DNA of 64,000 nt, taken from assembly GCA_013265495.1 (NCBI GenBank), contig MU061537.1:620001-684000 (forward strand), given 5' to 3'. Each line of letters starts with the position of its first letter. Positions within the stretch are counted from its first letter, which is position 1. The stretch comes from Vicugna vicugna. Lineage: Eukaryota. Of this stretch, positions 36,170-50,540 are shown in pieces. The position numbers and the translations under genes are program-made. The notes below the pieces were generated by a model, which did not search any database, was not told the DNA's origin, and saw nothing but the letters and a program-made list of their open reading frames with translations.

Positions 36170-38410
36170 AACTTCAGTAATCAAGATAGTGTGACACTGG
36201 CATGTAGACAGACATATAGACCAAAGGAATAGAGTAGACAGAACAGAAATACATCCTCACATACATGATTAAATAATTTTCAACAAGGGTGCCAAGACCC
36301 TTTCCAAAGTGGTAAAGATATTCTTTTCAACAAATGGTGCTGGGAAAACTGGATATCCCCATGCAAAAAAAAGTGAAGCTGCATCCTTCCTTCCATTATC
36401 ACATACACAAAAATTAACTCAAAGTGGACCAAAGACTTGAATGTAAGACCAAAAACTATAAAACTATAAGAAGACAAAGGGGAAAGCTCCATGACACTGG
36501 ATTTGGCAATTTCTTGGATACTGCAAAAGCATAAGCAACAAAAGTTAAGAAATAAGATAAACTGGACTTCATCAAAATTAAATATTTGTGTACCAAAGAA
36601 CACTATCAACAGAGTAAAAAGGCAACCCACAGAATAGAAGAAAGTATTTGTGAATCATATATGTGATATGAGATTAATATCCAGAATACATAAAGAACTC
36701 CCGTAACTCAAAAGCAACAACAATAAACACAACTTGATTAAAACATGGACGAAGGATTTGAACAGACATTTCCCCAAATATACAAATGGCCTACAAGCAT
36801 ATGAAAAGATGCTCAGCATCACTAATGATTAGAGAAATCCAAAACAAAACTACAATGAGGTGTCACTTCACACTGGTCAGAATGGCCGTTATTAAAAAGT
36901 CTACAAATACTAAACGCTGGAGAGGGTGTGGAGAAAAGGGAACCCTCCTACACTGTTGGTGGGAATGTAATTTCGTGCAGCCACTATGGAAAACAGTATG
37001 AAGGCTCCTTTAAAAACTAAAAATAGAGTTGCCATATGATCCAGCAATCCCACTCCTGGGCATATATCTGGAGAAAACTCTAATTTGAAAAGATACATAC
37101 ACCTCATTGTTCATAGCAGCACTATTTACAATAGCCAAGACATGGAAGCAACCTAAATGTCGACAGATGCATGGAAAAAGAGGATGTGTGTGTGTGTGTG
37201 TGTGCATGTGTGCATGTGTGTGTGTGATGGAATATTATTCAGCCATAAAAATGCCATTTGCAGCAACATAGATGGACCTAGAGATTATCATACTAAGTGA
37301 AGTAAGTCAGAAAAAGACAAATATCATATGGTATCACTTAAATGTGGAATCTAAAATATGATACAAATGAACTTATTTATAAAACAGAAACAGACTCACA
37401 AACAAAATAAATTTATGGTTATGAAAGAGGAAAAGGGGTAGGGAGGGCTAATTCAAGAGTTTGGTATTAGCAGATACAAACTACTGTATATAAAATAGAT
37501 AAACAAGGTCCTACTGTTTAGCACTGGGAACTATATTCAATATCCTATAATAAACTATTAAGAAAAAGAATATACATATATATAACTGAATCACTTTGTG
37601 ATAGACCAGAAACTAACACAACATTGTAAACCAACTATACTTCAATGAAAGAAAATCGAAAAAACTACAATGAGACATTACTTCACACCCATCAGGATGG
37701 CTACCATAAAAAATTTTTAAAAAAGGGGGGGTTAGCAAGAATGGGAGAGAACTGAAACTCCTGTACACTGTTGGTAGGAATGTAAACTGGTGCAGCAACT
37801 ATGAAAAATAGGATGGAGATGCTTCAAAAAATTAAAAACAAACTACTATATGGTCCAGCAATTCTGCTTCTTGGTATATGCTCAAAAGAATTGAAAGCAG
37901 GTTCTTGAAGAGACACTTGTACATGCCACATTCATAGCAGCATTATTCACAACAGCCAAGAGGCAGAAGCAACCCAAGTGTCCACCTAGATAATGGATTT
38001 TTTTAAATGTAGCATATATATCCAATGGAATGCTACTCAGCCTTAAAAAAGAAGGAAATTCTGCAATATGCTACGATATGGATGAATCTTGAAAATATTA
38101 TGCTAAGTGAAATAAGCCAGTGACAAAAAGACAAATACTACATGATTCCACTTATACGGGGTACCTAGAATAGGCAGATTCATTAAGAATGTAGAATGGT
38201 GGTGGCCAGGGGCTGGAGGAGTTGGGGGACGGGGAATAAATGTTTAATAGATGCAGAGTTTCAGTTATACAAGATGAAAAAAGTTCTGGAGGTAGATGGT
38301 GGTGATCACTGTACAACAATGTGACTATACTAATGTCACTGAACTGAACACTAAATAATAGTTAAAAAGGCAAATTTTATGTTATGTGTATTGTGCCACA
38401 ATAAAAAAAT
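36170..38410 (+). mobile_element. L1 ORF2 end/3'UTR with a nested younger L1 (~36785-37655)
   Basis: ORF 36786..37001 is L1 ORF2 C-terminal sequence ([31 protein letters not shown]); two successive 3'UTRs. Confidence 0.9.
37185..37226 (+). repeat. Interrupted (TG)n microsatellite within L1
   Basis: Directly visible. Confidence 0.85.
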
Positions 38411-41400
38411 TTCAATATGCAAAAAAAATTTTTGGTGGATCTATATCATTGAAATTGAAAGTTATCCACCATTTATGATTATGAAAAGATAACGTACAGA
38501 AAAGTATAAATAATATAATCCTTTTTAAAGTCTGTACGCATAACAAAAGCCTGGAAGAATTCATCTGACACTTATTGCATGTTGCAGATCCTACAGATAC
38601 AGCGATAAACAGAAGAGGCAAAAATCTTAACCCTTAACAATTTCACATTAGTGGGACAGAAAGAGAAAATTGAGAAACAATTAAAATATAAATTGAGTTG
38701 ACAATATTAAACTGAGATTTTATAGGTAAAAAAATGGATAAACATAAATTTTATATGGTTTGAGCTAACAGTATGTTATATAGTGATAAATGTGGAGAAA
38801 AATAAATGAGGGGAAGCCAACTGAGACGTATATAAAGGTTCAAGCAATTTTAGATAATAAAGGAAGGCCTCACTGAAAAGGTAATATTCAAGGAATGGTC
38901 AGAGGGAGATAAGGGAATAAACTATGCAGGTTTCTAGGGGAAATGCATTCCAGGCAGAGTGTAAAGACCCAGAGGTGAAAGCATGCCTGTTAAGTTCTAG
39001 AAATAGTGTGGATGACATCATGGCTAGAGTGGAGTGAGCAGATGTTATGCAATAAACTATTAACAGTGGTTATCTCTGGAATGGCATTTAGAGACTTCTA
39101 TATTTGATTTTCTACATACCCATATTGTTTTGTTTTTTATATTAAACGTGTATTACTTTTACAATCAGAAGATGTATGATCCCAATTTTTTAAAAAGAAC
39201 ATTTATGTGTGTGTGCTTATGTGTGTGGCATGCACTGAAAACCTGAGAGAACACAGCTTAATCTCTAAAGTTAGATAAATCTAGATTCCAGTCCTAGGAT
39301 TACCATTTACCATGTGTACGACCTTGGGCAAATTATTTAATCTCTGAGTTAGTCTATAAAATGTAGCTAAAAACAGGGCCTACCTTTGGGGAAGATTAAA
39401 TTAGTGCTTAGCATAGCACCTGACACACTGTAAGTACCCCTTAAACAGCAGCTTTGTAAAAATACATCAAACACTAATATGTAACTGATCTTGTCTTTAC
39501 TAACTTTTTCATTATAAAAGTAATATATTAAAATATGGATATACATTAAATCAAATGTAGAAGACTCTAAAAATATTCAACACAGAAGCAAACAGTCAAA
39601 GATAAAATTCTCCATACATATACCCCAATTCTCTCCTCCACAGGAAACTGATGTTAATATTGATATGAACCCTTTCAGTCCTTTTTCTACACACCATGTA
39701 TTACAAGGTTTTAGTAATTTTTGGATAGCAAAGGGGAGGGAACATGTTATATTTATTCTGAAACTTTTTTTCCATGTAACTATATATTAGAAAGTGTGTC
39801 ATGTCAATAAATACAGAGTTAGCTCATTTTTTAAATATACAGTACTTCATAGCACAAATGTATATATTTTTGACATCCAAACTATCACTATCATAAATAA
39901 GGTTTCAATGAATATCCTTGTATATCTCTGAGCACAGATGCCAGTATTTCCACAAAACCAAAAAATTTCTGAAAATGACTAGCTGTATTTAAAGGAGCAT
40001 ATTTAAAACTGCCCATTACCCTCCAAGAAGGTCATACAAATAAAAGGCCTCACCAATGGTATCAAATTATCCATAACTCCAACAGCACTGGATCTTGGCA
40101 ATCCTTCAAATTTTTACTAATTTTCTAGGTATAAAATGATTATTACTGTTGGTTTAAGGTAGATTTCTCTATTATTAATAAGACCGAGTATATTTCATAT
40201 GTTATAATCATTAACCTTTTCTTGTTTACCCTATATAAATTTTAAATAGTATATATAACTTTCCTAAGAAAAAACAAAATTTTCCCATAAAAAATAAATT
40301 CCATACTTTCAGTAATAGGTTTACATGAGATCTAAAAAATTAGACGAATTTAGAGAAAGAAAAGATAATTCTGAGATGGTTTAAATTAAGGTCCCTAGCA
40401 GTCCCTAGCACACAGAAGGTACTCAACAGGAAGGAAAAACTAAAGGAAATAAAGCAGGCAGCCAGCCAGCTAGGACGTTTCAAAAAGGCAGGTCAAGCTG
40501 GGCCTCAGAAAAAGTAAAGGAGAGGAAAAAGGCAATGCACATGGACAAAAGAATATGAGCAAATCCTAAAGGGAGGTAAGAAAATAGCTGTGAGGGCTGT
40601 AGGGAAACAGGCCTAGAAAGAGCAGAGTCTGCATTCAGGAGAAAATATAAGGTGTCAAGTACTATTCAATTGAAAGAAGGCTTTAAATGCCAAGATGAAA
40701 CCTTAATTCTGATTCAATCAGCAACTGAAAGTCAAAACATACCTTTAAGTCAGAGTGACAAGAAGAAAATGTAAACTAAAAGATTAATCCGACAGATTTA
40801 AAATTGAATAGAAGCAGGGAAACAAATTAGACTAATCAAAAATGAGGAAATAAAGGCCTAAATTAGTATGAAAACAGGATGAAAAGATAAAGAAACCTCT
40901 GAAATTCTAAACTATGCAACTTCTGAATAAGGATAGTATGCTAAATGTATATACATCTACTTTTACTCTTCTGCCCTCCCCTCCCCCAAATAATATAAAG
41001 GAGAAAAACAATTTTATACAAGATATAAAATCACCTGAATGGAAAAAATGGGAGGAAGAAAAAAAGAAAATATTTGGCAACTGGGACCCTTGAAAGACCC
41101 TAAGAACTGAATTCTAAGCCAGCAAGGGAAAAAGCAGAAAATTAACCCTATTTACACATCAAATGCCCCAGGCTCAGAAACTGGTGACCCCAGGTACCTC
41201 TGTGGGGAGGTGTAGAGGGCAGGGCAAATGAAAACTAAAATAAAAAGGATTTGTTCAATATCTTTTTAAGCAGTAGGTGGATTCCCAGATCCTCTCGCTG
41301 TTCCTTCTAACAGGGAAACTGCCCATACTTCACTCAGTCAAAAGCTGATTTATTCTCTAGAGAGTTAAACCAGAGCTCCTCTGGTCAGGGGAACACCAGG

Positions 41401-43049
41401 CAAAGAAAGTTGAAAGTGACGGTACCACACTGAAAACAGGGAAATTAACAGAAATATGTATGCAAAATGGATGATTCACTTTTCGCCTGCCTCTTTCCTG
41501 TGTTCCATGTTTCCTCTTTCTTGGTTTACTCCCTCCTACTGGTAAAGTACATCCTTTAGCAAGTTCCTGAGAAAGAATAAAAAGGATACCTTGGGTGCAT
41601 GAAAATATCCTTCTTCTAATTTACTGACAGTTTGCTTAGGTATAGAATTTTAAGTTGGGAGATTATTTTCTCTCAGAATTTCGAAGGTATTGCTCCATTG
41701 TCATCTATCTTCCAGTGTGACTACTGAGAAGCAAAACAAATTTGATTCCTTAAAAATAATTTACCTGACCATTTTTTTTTTCTCTCTGGAGCTTATCTGA
41801 TGCTGAAATTTCATGATAATGTGCCCTGATGTGGACATGATTTCATTCACTAGACTGGTCCCTTCAATTTGAAAACTCGTGTCCTTTACTTTTGGGACAT
41901 TTTATTTAAATGAAAATTAAAAGGTTGGTTAAAAGAGATAAAAATGGACATACTGGGGAGAAGGAGCTGAGAGAAGCGGGTAGACAACTGCTGTTTTGTA
42001 ACAAATTATGTAAAACTAAGTCTTTAAATATATGCATGGATAATTTTGATTAAAATAACCTTTAACATGTGTAAATAAATCTATTTTAAATATATATTTT
42101 ATAGTTAAAATGTTTTATATGCTTTATATGTTTAAAAATGCTTATTTTTTATTAAAAAAAAAGGTGTGATAACAAATCAGATAAATACATTAAAAAAAAA
42201 ATCCAAGCACTTCTAATTGCTTAGCCTGGGAAACTGGAAAAACTATGATGTCACAAGATATACAGAAGAATGGCAGCAGATTTGAAGGAAATACTGGTGA
42301 ACATAATACATAAATAACATGTTAAAGATTATTCAAATAGAGATTTTTTTTAAGTAGACGAAAATATAGAAAAGAAGCTTATGTGAGAAGACAAGAGTGA
42401 AAATTTTAGAAGGGTCTTCAATATATAAAATGAGGGGAAGGAGATAGAGTAGTTACCAAATAAATGTTTAATTGAGGTAGGTAGGTAGGCAAACAGAAAT
42501 GACAGAAGTTGATTGGCTCACTAATTAATGAATCAATTAAGAGTCCCAGCCCCAGGAGTGTGACTAGAAAGGGAGAAGCATAATGAATAAGATAAAGAAA
42601 ATGAGCAGGCTTAAGGGACAAAGAAGAAGCAGTCAGTAAGAAAGAATAAGCAATATAGTGTCTCTGAAGACAAATTCAAGCAGCTCACCAAAAAGGCACA
42701 ATTATGAGCTATGAATAGTGAGGGAAGGAGTCCAGTAACAACCCTGAAAATTATTTAAAGAGTTGAAAAACTATTACGAGAAAAGAATATAGGAAGTTAT
42801 AGAAAAGGTTTTAGGAACTGCAGCACTCTTCTAGCTCCCCTTTTAGCACCTTGCACTCAGCTCTCCATCTAAGCAAACGTGTCATCCTCACTGCCTGATA
42901 CAGTATTTCACCTTCTTCATCTACAAAAAAAGACAATATCCTACCCTCCTCCTTCTCAAAAAGTATCCACTGTACTACATTTCTGTAGGAAGTGACTTTA
43001 AGTCACAACGGAGAAAGTCTTATAACTTAGCAGCTAAAAAATGATGACT

Positions 43050-43810
43050 ATGTAAAGACCACAAACAATAAATGTTGGTGAGGATGTGGAGAAATGGGAA
43101 CCTTTATACACTTGTTAATGGGAATGTAAACTGGTGTAGCCACTATGGAAAACAGTATGGAGGTTTCTCAAAAAAATAGAAACAGAACTACCATATGACC
43201 CAGCAATTTCACTCCCAGGTGTTTATCCAAAAAAACCCCAAAAACACTAATTTGAAAAGATACATGCACCCCATTGTTCATAGCAGCATTATTTACAATT
43301 GCCAAGTTACAGAAGCAACTTAAGTGTCCATCAAAAGATCAATGGATAAATAAATATATATAATGGAATACTACTGAGCCATAAAAAAGAAATGAAATGT
43401 TGCCATTTGCAACAACATGGACAGACTTGGAGGGTATTATACTAAGTGAAATAAGTCAGACAGAAAGATAAATATTGTATGATATCACTTATATGTGGTA
43501 TCTAAAAAATAAAACTAGTAAATGTAGCAAAAAAGAAACAGACTCAAAGATATACAGAACAAACTCGTGGTTACCAACAGGGAGAGGGAAGAAGAAAGGG
43601 GCAAGACAGGGGTAGTGGATTAAGAGGCACAAACTACTCTGTATAAGACAAATAAGCTACAAGGATCTATAGTACACAACATAGGGAATGTAGGCAATAT
43701 TTTATAGTAAGTATAAGTGGAATATTACCTTTAAAAATTGTGAATCACTATGTTGTACACCTGAAACTTACCAAAAAAAAACAACTTATACTCAATTAAA
43801 AAAAAGAAAA
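43050..43810 (+). mobile_element. L1 3' end
   Basis: TGTTGGTGAGGATGTGGAGAAA...CCATATGACCCAGCAAT..., poly(A). Confidence 0.88.
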
Positions 43811-46800
43811 ATACTCCTAAAACACAGAATATTGACTGTGCAGATGAACTGCCAGCAATCAAATTGTCTGTACTGCCTACTAGCTATGTGACTTCAGACA
43901 AACTATTCACCCTGTGCCTTAGTCTCATTTGTAAAACAAAGATATTAACACATATAGGATTCTTATAAAGATTAAATGAGATAATACATATGAGGATTAA
44001 GTGAGATAATATATTTAGAACAATATGTGGCATATAATTATTAATGTTAGCTATTATAAATTAATTCAGGCTTAATTAGTGTTATGCTTTCAAAGGTATT
44101 TTCATGTTAGTGCATAAAGATATGAACCTCCAATGCCAGGCCTTACAACATTCATTTATTCAGCATTTACTGAACTTTAGTCCTACCTACTAGGCACCAC
44201 TGTGAGCAATAGGGAGCTGTGGTGAACAAGGAAAGTAAAGCATCCTGCTCTCATGGAACTTAAATTATAATTAAGTTGTTAAAGTTATAAACTTAGTTTG
44301 TCTACTCAGCTATAGTTAAAATGTGAAGGGGCAAACACAGAATGCAGAAATGATGAAAAGAGATGCAAATTTAGAGAATCTATGGAAACTGGGAGATGGC
44401 TTCTAACACAGAATAGCAAAAAAAAAAAAACAGGAAAGTGCAACCTGGCATATAGTAGGAACTTAATAAACGTTTAATAAATGTGCCCATTCCTCTCTCT
44501 GGGTTTCCTTCCGTGTAAAATGGCAGGGGTTATCTTGATTTCAAAACCAACGTTCATTAATGTCTACTTATTGAAGACATCATGGCACATTAGGCAGTAT
44601 TCTTAAAAACAGATGGCTCTACAAGCAGGGCCTATAATTGGCTGTGGATGCTGGGCCAAAAAGACTCCACTGAGCTCAGGCTTGCATTTCAGGACTTTAA
44701 GTGAATTATTTTATTGCTACATCTAAATGAAATCAGCTATACAACCACAGAGACACTAGATAGCTTTGACAGAAATGTCACCCTTGCACCCCAATACAGG
44801 ACTATACTGCTAGAGAATTAACATTTAAAATAAATATTGTAAATAGCCTGAAAGAGAAAAAAAGATGGTTCCAAAGACAGTTTCCACAATCAAGGACTCA
44901 AATTTTACTAGTTTTGAAATTAAATAGGCCCCAGATGTCATGGCCTAAGTAAAATAAAGGAAAAAGGTTTTAGTTTCCTTGAGTGTTGCAATTTAGGTTT
45001 TGAAGATCAACCACCACTTGGCACTGTGGGAATTTCTATTGTTACTGCCTTAGAAGAAAGTCATCCATAGCAGAGAACCACAAAAGACTTTCACAAAACA
45101 TCCATAAAGCAACATATTATTCTCATCTGTTAGTGGATCAGTTGAGTAGAGGAGTAGGGCTGGAACACAAAAAACTAAGGTGAGAGACCATTATTTCAAA
45201 ACAAGAAAACCAGAGTTCCAAAAATGCCAAAGTATCTACTTCTTAATTTCTAAGAAAACAGAAAAGATGCAGGCTGATGCCACAAATCTAACAGCATACA
45301 AAGTATATGGATTAAGTTTTTTTTCAAAAATGTTAATTGTATTTCAATTGCTGAATTAGTAAAATATAATTAAACACTTTTCAAAAAGGTTTTTGTAATA
45401 GAATACAATTTCAAAAGTATCTTGGCATCTTAATTTTATATTGCATAAACTCCTATTTTCCCATATCTGAAGAGAGTAAGTAAAGGTACTGGGTAAGAAA
45501 CCTGTAAATTGATGCTTTAAAAACTATATTTATGGAGGAAAAAATATGTGAAAAGAAAAAGTTTTCCTAAATGTCAACCTTACAAACCCAAACAACTGTT
45601 CCTTCCTTTGCCTTCTACCTATTCTCCATCCACAATAAATGGTACCTAACAGCACAAAAGAGGTCCAGAGAACACCAGAATCAAGGGGAGAAAAACCTGC
45701 ACTCCTACAAACTCATTAACGTCTCTGCTTTGAATACTGAATTGTAAATCAAATAAGAATCTGTTCCCAACCAGTGCCTTAGCCAATGCATTGACAAATT
45801 ACATGTACAATTTAAAAAGTGTTCCTCAAAATTGTTAATGTTCCATAGACAAGAAAGATATAGCCTAAGACTTCATGGACCACCTAACCCACCCACTTCC
45901 AGTAGAAGTAATGGAAAATAATAGAATATGAAGAATTATCAATTACGTGGAAAAAAAGACACTACCACATTAGAACTATTATTTCAACATAAGTCTTAGA
46001 GATTGGGGTATAAACCATATTTTACTCTTCTTTTGATCCAGCACCATGTTAAGACATAGTGAAAAATGCAACGGAACCAGGTTCCCTGCAAGACACTGAA
46101 GTGCCACCAACAGTCTCTAAATCATACTATAAATATGACTAAAATGATCAAGTATTGTTATTAACGCTAGGGATTAACTTAAATGAAGCTGAGATGAGTT
46201 AAATAATTATTATCAAAATCCTTTGCAGACATATGTGACGACAGAACAAACAAGAGCTACAAGGGAACTTAACAACTAGCAAAAAGACAAAGTAGGAAAA
46301 AACTCAAAAAGAAATAGATATGATGTCCCCAGTCCCTAAAATGGCTCTAAGGAAAAAGTTTTGACTGTGCAATAAAGAATGCTGACCTGAAAACCATCAA
46401 CTTTCTTTTCACTTAGCACAGTACATTTCCACGTTGTGTCCCTACATTCATGGTCTTCATTTCCCAAAATGCAACAGGTTACCAAAAGTCCACACTGCAG
46501 CTATGGTCTCTTCCTTTTGATATAAAAGGCCAAACGGAGAAATGAAGGAAGAAAATGCATATACTAATTTAATTATGTGTTGGCCTTGAGATCAATAATT
46601 TGGAATAAATGGGAGAATTCTTCAACATCAAAGAAGCAATCTAAAAATTGCGGAAGCAGGCTGCCAAAGGGCGATAAACAAAATAACAGTTTCATCGTTA
46701 GCAAGGATTCTGCACAAATAAATGCTATTTTCTGCTTACAGATTTAAACTGATACTGATATGAAAATGTGGTTAAGAGATTGTCATTCTGGTTACTGTTG

Positions 46801-48288
46801 TTTAAAAAACAAAATAAAGCAACCCCACCCACACTGCTGGAAAAAAGGTTCTGACATATGCACTACGTTTGTTTACTCAGGCCACCTCTTAATAAGAGAA
46901 ATGCTTAGCAACTTGACTAAGGTTATAGAAGTATTTTGCAATGTGTTATCAGTTTTTAAATCTTGTTTATTTACTCCCTAGTTAACAGATAGGCTATTTT
47001 ACTCCAAGGTCAGGTTTGCCATAATAATAGCAACTTTCCAATTTTATTCCATCACTCAGCACTTCCTGCAATGGAATTTTAGCCATTAATTTTATCTCCT
47101 TTTCCTCTAAAAACGTTAAAAGAGATTTTAAAATATTATATTGACATATGACAAATTAACTTCTTTAAATAGCTCTGTTCCCAGAAACCTGGTAGGCAAG
47201 ACAGTAAATTTCACAGTGATTCAACTGTAACAGCCAAAATCTGGGTATTGCAAAATAATAGTGCCTTTCAGAGACACGAAAAAAATCCAATCTAAATTTC
47301 AACAAGGGAACAGTAGTGAATCCCTTCCATTCCTGTATTTTCAAGTTATTCACCCTTACCTCTCAATTCTTTTTTAATGCTATCAAAGATAGGTATTTCT
47401 GGGAAATGGCCAAGGTCAGCAAGGTAAACTAGGATTTCTAAAATTAAATACTTCCTAGGGAGAAATAACTGTGTAATAGTGGAAGGAAGACTAGGAATTT
47501 GAAGACCCGAACTGTCTAGACCTGCTGCACTACACCCCACTCCATCTCTTAGACATTACTGATTAGATTTTTTTTGAAATGTTCAAGCTCTCCCTTTAGA
47601 AGAGATGTTCACTGAGAAACAGCATGCAACTGAACTTTACTCAAAGAACGGGAACTGTCTCGACCTACATCTAATAAGATTTAAACCTGAAGTCCTGGAT
47701 GCATGCTGTCGGCAAGATCCATCCTGAAAATCAAACATTACACAAATGTCTGCAGCTTACAGACACTAAAGGCACCTCTTAATTCATAAACACAAGTTTC
47801 AAAGGCAGCCCGGGGGCGGGAGGGAGAAGGTACAGCTTTTTTTTTTTTTTAAGAGAAACCCAGTGTAAAATCAAAGATTTTTAAAATTTAAAATCCAAAC
47901 GTCTGGAAGTAACATCTAAGCTAAACAGCAAAGTGGTCCAGTGCTTAGGAGTCCAAACTACTTTTGAAGTAAAACAAGCCACTCTGCCCAGTTACTGGGC
48001 ATCAAGCAGGTCCACAGTGGGCAGAGGGTTGAAACAGGACCACATCCATCGCACACCAGAACGCCGCCACAAGAGCGGAGACAGCCTAGCCCCGCGCGGA
48101 TAGCCGCTCCAACAGAACTCTGGGCAAGGAATCCCCAAATCCCACCCGCCTGCTCCCTCCCTCCCTTCACCTCGGGTCTCCCCAGTTCCCCAGGGTCGGG
48201 CCCCTCCCCCATTTCACCCTCCTTCCCCCCCCTACAACCCCTTCGGCCCCTCCTCTTCTAGAGGCACCCCAGTACTCCGTCTCCTCAC

Positions 48289-48313
48289 CGGGGTTAGCAG
48301 TAGTCGCCGCCAT
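48289..48313 (-). CDS. ARNT: ARNT coding exon 1 (MAATTANP-), start codon
   Basis: Minus strand GCGGCC ATG GCG GCG ACT ACT GCT AAC CCC G|GTGAG. Strong Kozak context, 25 nt, matches the ARNT N-terminus. Confidence 0.97.
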
Positions 48314-48446
48314 GGCCGCAGATGCCACCGCCGCTGCACCACCCCCACTAGTGGGAGGAGCCGCCGCCACCGAACCGGGGGGAGGGGGAGGGGAGAGCCA
48401 CTCCCCAGACGCGGCGTCCCACTGCCGCCACCGCTACCGCGGAATC

Positions 48447-48458
48447 CAAGATGGCGGC
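48447..48458 (+). promoter_or_regulatory. YY1 motif CAAGATGGCGGC near the ARNT transcription start
   Basis: Exact match to the extended YY1 consensus (GCCGCCATCTTG on the ARNT strand). Confidence 0.75.
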
Positions 48459-48496
48459 TGCAGCAACACCACAGTCCCCCGCCTCTACGACTGAGA

Positions 48497-48558
48497 GGCC
48501 CCGCCCATGGAGAGGCGTGGTCGCCCCAAGGCCAGCCTCCTCGGGAAAACTGACCAAT
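48497..48558. promoter_or_regulatory. GC box (GGCCCCGCCC 48497-48506) and CCAAT box (48554-48558)
   Basis: Motif matches in typical proximal-promoter positions. Confidence 0.6.
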
Positions 48559-48691
48559 GGAAACGCCAAATCGACCAGAGGCAGGGCTGGCCACAGAGCC
48601 GCCGGCGGGTCCAGTGGAGGAGGGAGGGCGAGGAAGAAGTCCAGCTGTCTCCCTAATCCCGCCTCTTGTGCGTTAGAGGTCAGTGACTGAG

Positions 48692-48699
48692 TGACGTCA
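48692..48699. promoter_or_regulatory. Full palindromic CRE TGACGTCA
   Basis: Exact CREB/ATF consensus at the edge of the CpG island. Confidence 0.65.
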
Positions 48700-50175
48700 G
48701 TGAAAAATAATTTTACTAAAAAGCTCCGTTGGGTGGTGGATTCGCCTTGCTGGTCACTGTGCAGACGATTTGTTTTGTAAATCTTTTTTAGGTGCTCTAA
48801 AGTTTAAACTTCACTTAATGATTTCTAACCCTTTCTGTTTTTTTTCTCTTTTAAGGACCTTTGTCCCTGGTGAAAAAGTTCAGTAACTAAGTTTTGAATG
48901 CTAGCTATAGACCTTTAGTGTAAGAGGATCTGGGCACTTATGGTCTAGTAAGGGAGATACTGACAGCCAAAACAGGAGCTAATATATAAAGAAGGTATTT
49001 TGATTAAGAGTGGAATAACTTACTTTGATCAATGATAGGGACATAGTAATGGGTTTTTAGTAGGGAAGTGGTAAGATGAGGATTGCACAATTTACTTTCT
49101 AACGATAGGAAGCATTGAGAACAATATCCAAACTGCTTTGTAAGTATTTACTCATTTAATCCTCACAACAACACTGTGAGGTAGATTCTATTATTTCCAT
49201 TTCGCAGATAAGGAAACAAGCAAAGTGGTTAAGCGAGGGACACCCTTCTAGTAAGTAACGGTACAGAAGGCAAACTGAAACAGTCTGACTCTGGGAATAT
49301 GTCCCACTCATACCCCTGTTTTAGCACTACAATGTACTACCTTTTCACATATCTCTCGCAAATTATCTAATATAAATTTAATTCTAATTTTAACAGAAAT
49401 CCCATTATGCTATTGAGCACCTTTAATTCTTGTGGATTTTATGTGTACTACAGAGATTACAGAGATCCATTTCTCTCATTTAGTTAACAGTATAGTTCAT
49501 CTCAACCAAGGCATTTTAACATAATTTGTGTATTATTGTTTATATTTGTTAAAATCAAATTTTTCTTTGTTACCATTTTCTTGTGTTGTATTTCTTATTC
49601 ACCAAAAAGAATAATCATTTCCTCAAAAGAAGCAGTGGTGGAAAAAGTAACAAGTAATTTAATTAAAAATTATGTAGTAAAGGTAGCTAGCTATTAAACA
49701 AGACAGCAGTGCAGATATAGAATATGAGTTATTATGTGCCTTTAAATGTGGTAAGTTCATCCAAGCAGCAAAGGGAAAAAAATTTTAGTAAATAGGAAGT
49801 ACAACTATGAATATCTGAAAATTAAATTTTGTTGGGCTAGCATCCATTTGTCCCTTGACCACTACACACTATTAGGAAATTCTGTCTGTGACTTGGAAAG
49901 CCATCAAAGCTTTCAAGTCAATCTTGACCCAAATAAAATAACCTCATTCCCAAGAAATGTATTTTTCCAGAATAAATGTAAAGTAATGTTTTCTAGAGTG
50001 AAACATGAATTTGTGGATTAAAAAAGATCAAGTTATATTCCTCATTTTTTAAAAAAATGGTAAAAGTCACTTTGTTTCAGAGATACTTCTGGAACTAGCT
50101 ATAAAGTTAATAACAAATGTTTCACTTGGAGAAAGTATAACAAGCTATAGGCAAAAATCCTTAACCAAAAATGTC

Positions 50176-50540
50176 ACTACTCAGCCATAAAAACCGACAA
50201 CATAATGCCATTTGCAGCAACATGGATGCTCCTAGAGAATGTCATTCTAAGTGAAGTAAGCCAGAAAGAGAAAGAAAAATACCATATGAGATCGCTCATA
50301 TGTGGAATCTAAAAAACAAAAACAAACAAACAAACAAAAACAAAGCATAAATACAGGACAGAAATAGACTCATGGACAGAGAATACAGACTTGTGGTTAC
50401 CGGGGGAGGGGTAGAGGGTGGGAAGGGATAGACTGGGATTTCAAAATTGTAGAATAGATAAACAAGATTAATAAACAAGATTGTATAGCACAGGGAAATA
50501 TACACAAAATGTTATGATAAATCACAGAGAAAAAAAAATA
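50176..50540 (+). mobile_element. Lineage-specific L1 3'UTR fragment
   Basis: Closely similar to 32380-32700 (CAGCCATAAAAAC.GACAACATAATGCCATTTGCAGCAACATGGATG). Confidence 0.85.

Larger units (their letters stand above)
48040..48770. promoter_or_regulatory. ARNT: CpG island: TATA-less ARNT promoter, 5'UTR and exon 1
   Basis: Abrupt GC- and CpG-rich segment around the start codon in an AT-rich background. Confidence 0.9.

Noticed and set aside
36786..37001. ORF resembling a protein domain (also 24356..24598)
   Set aside because: Fragments of the L1 ORF2 C-terminus, not host genes; no intact L1 ORF in the window.
48451..48690. 79-aa plus-strand ORF with good Kozak context
   Set aside because: The ATG is part of the YY1 motif and overlaps the presumed ARNT 5'UTR, upstream of where a divergent start would lie; low-complexity CpG-island ORF.
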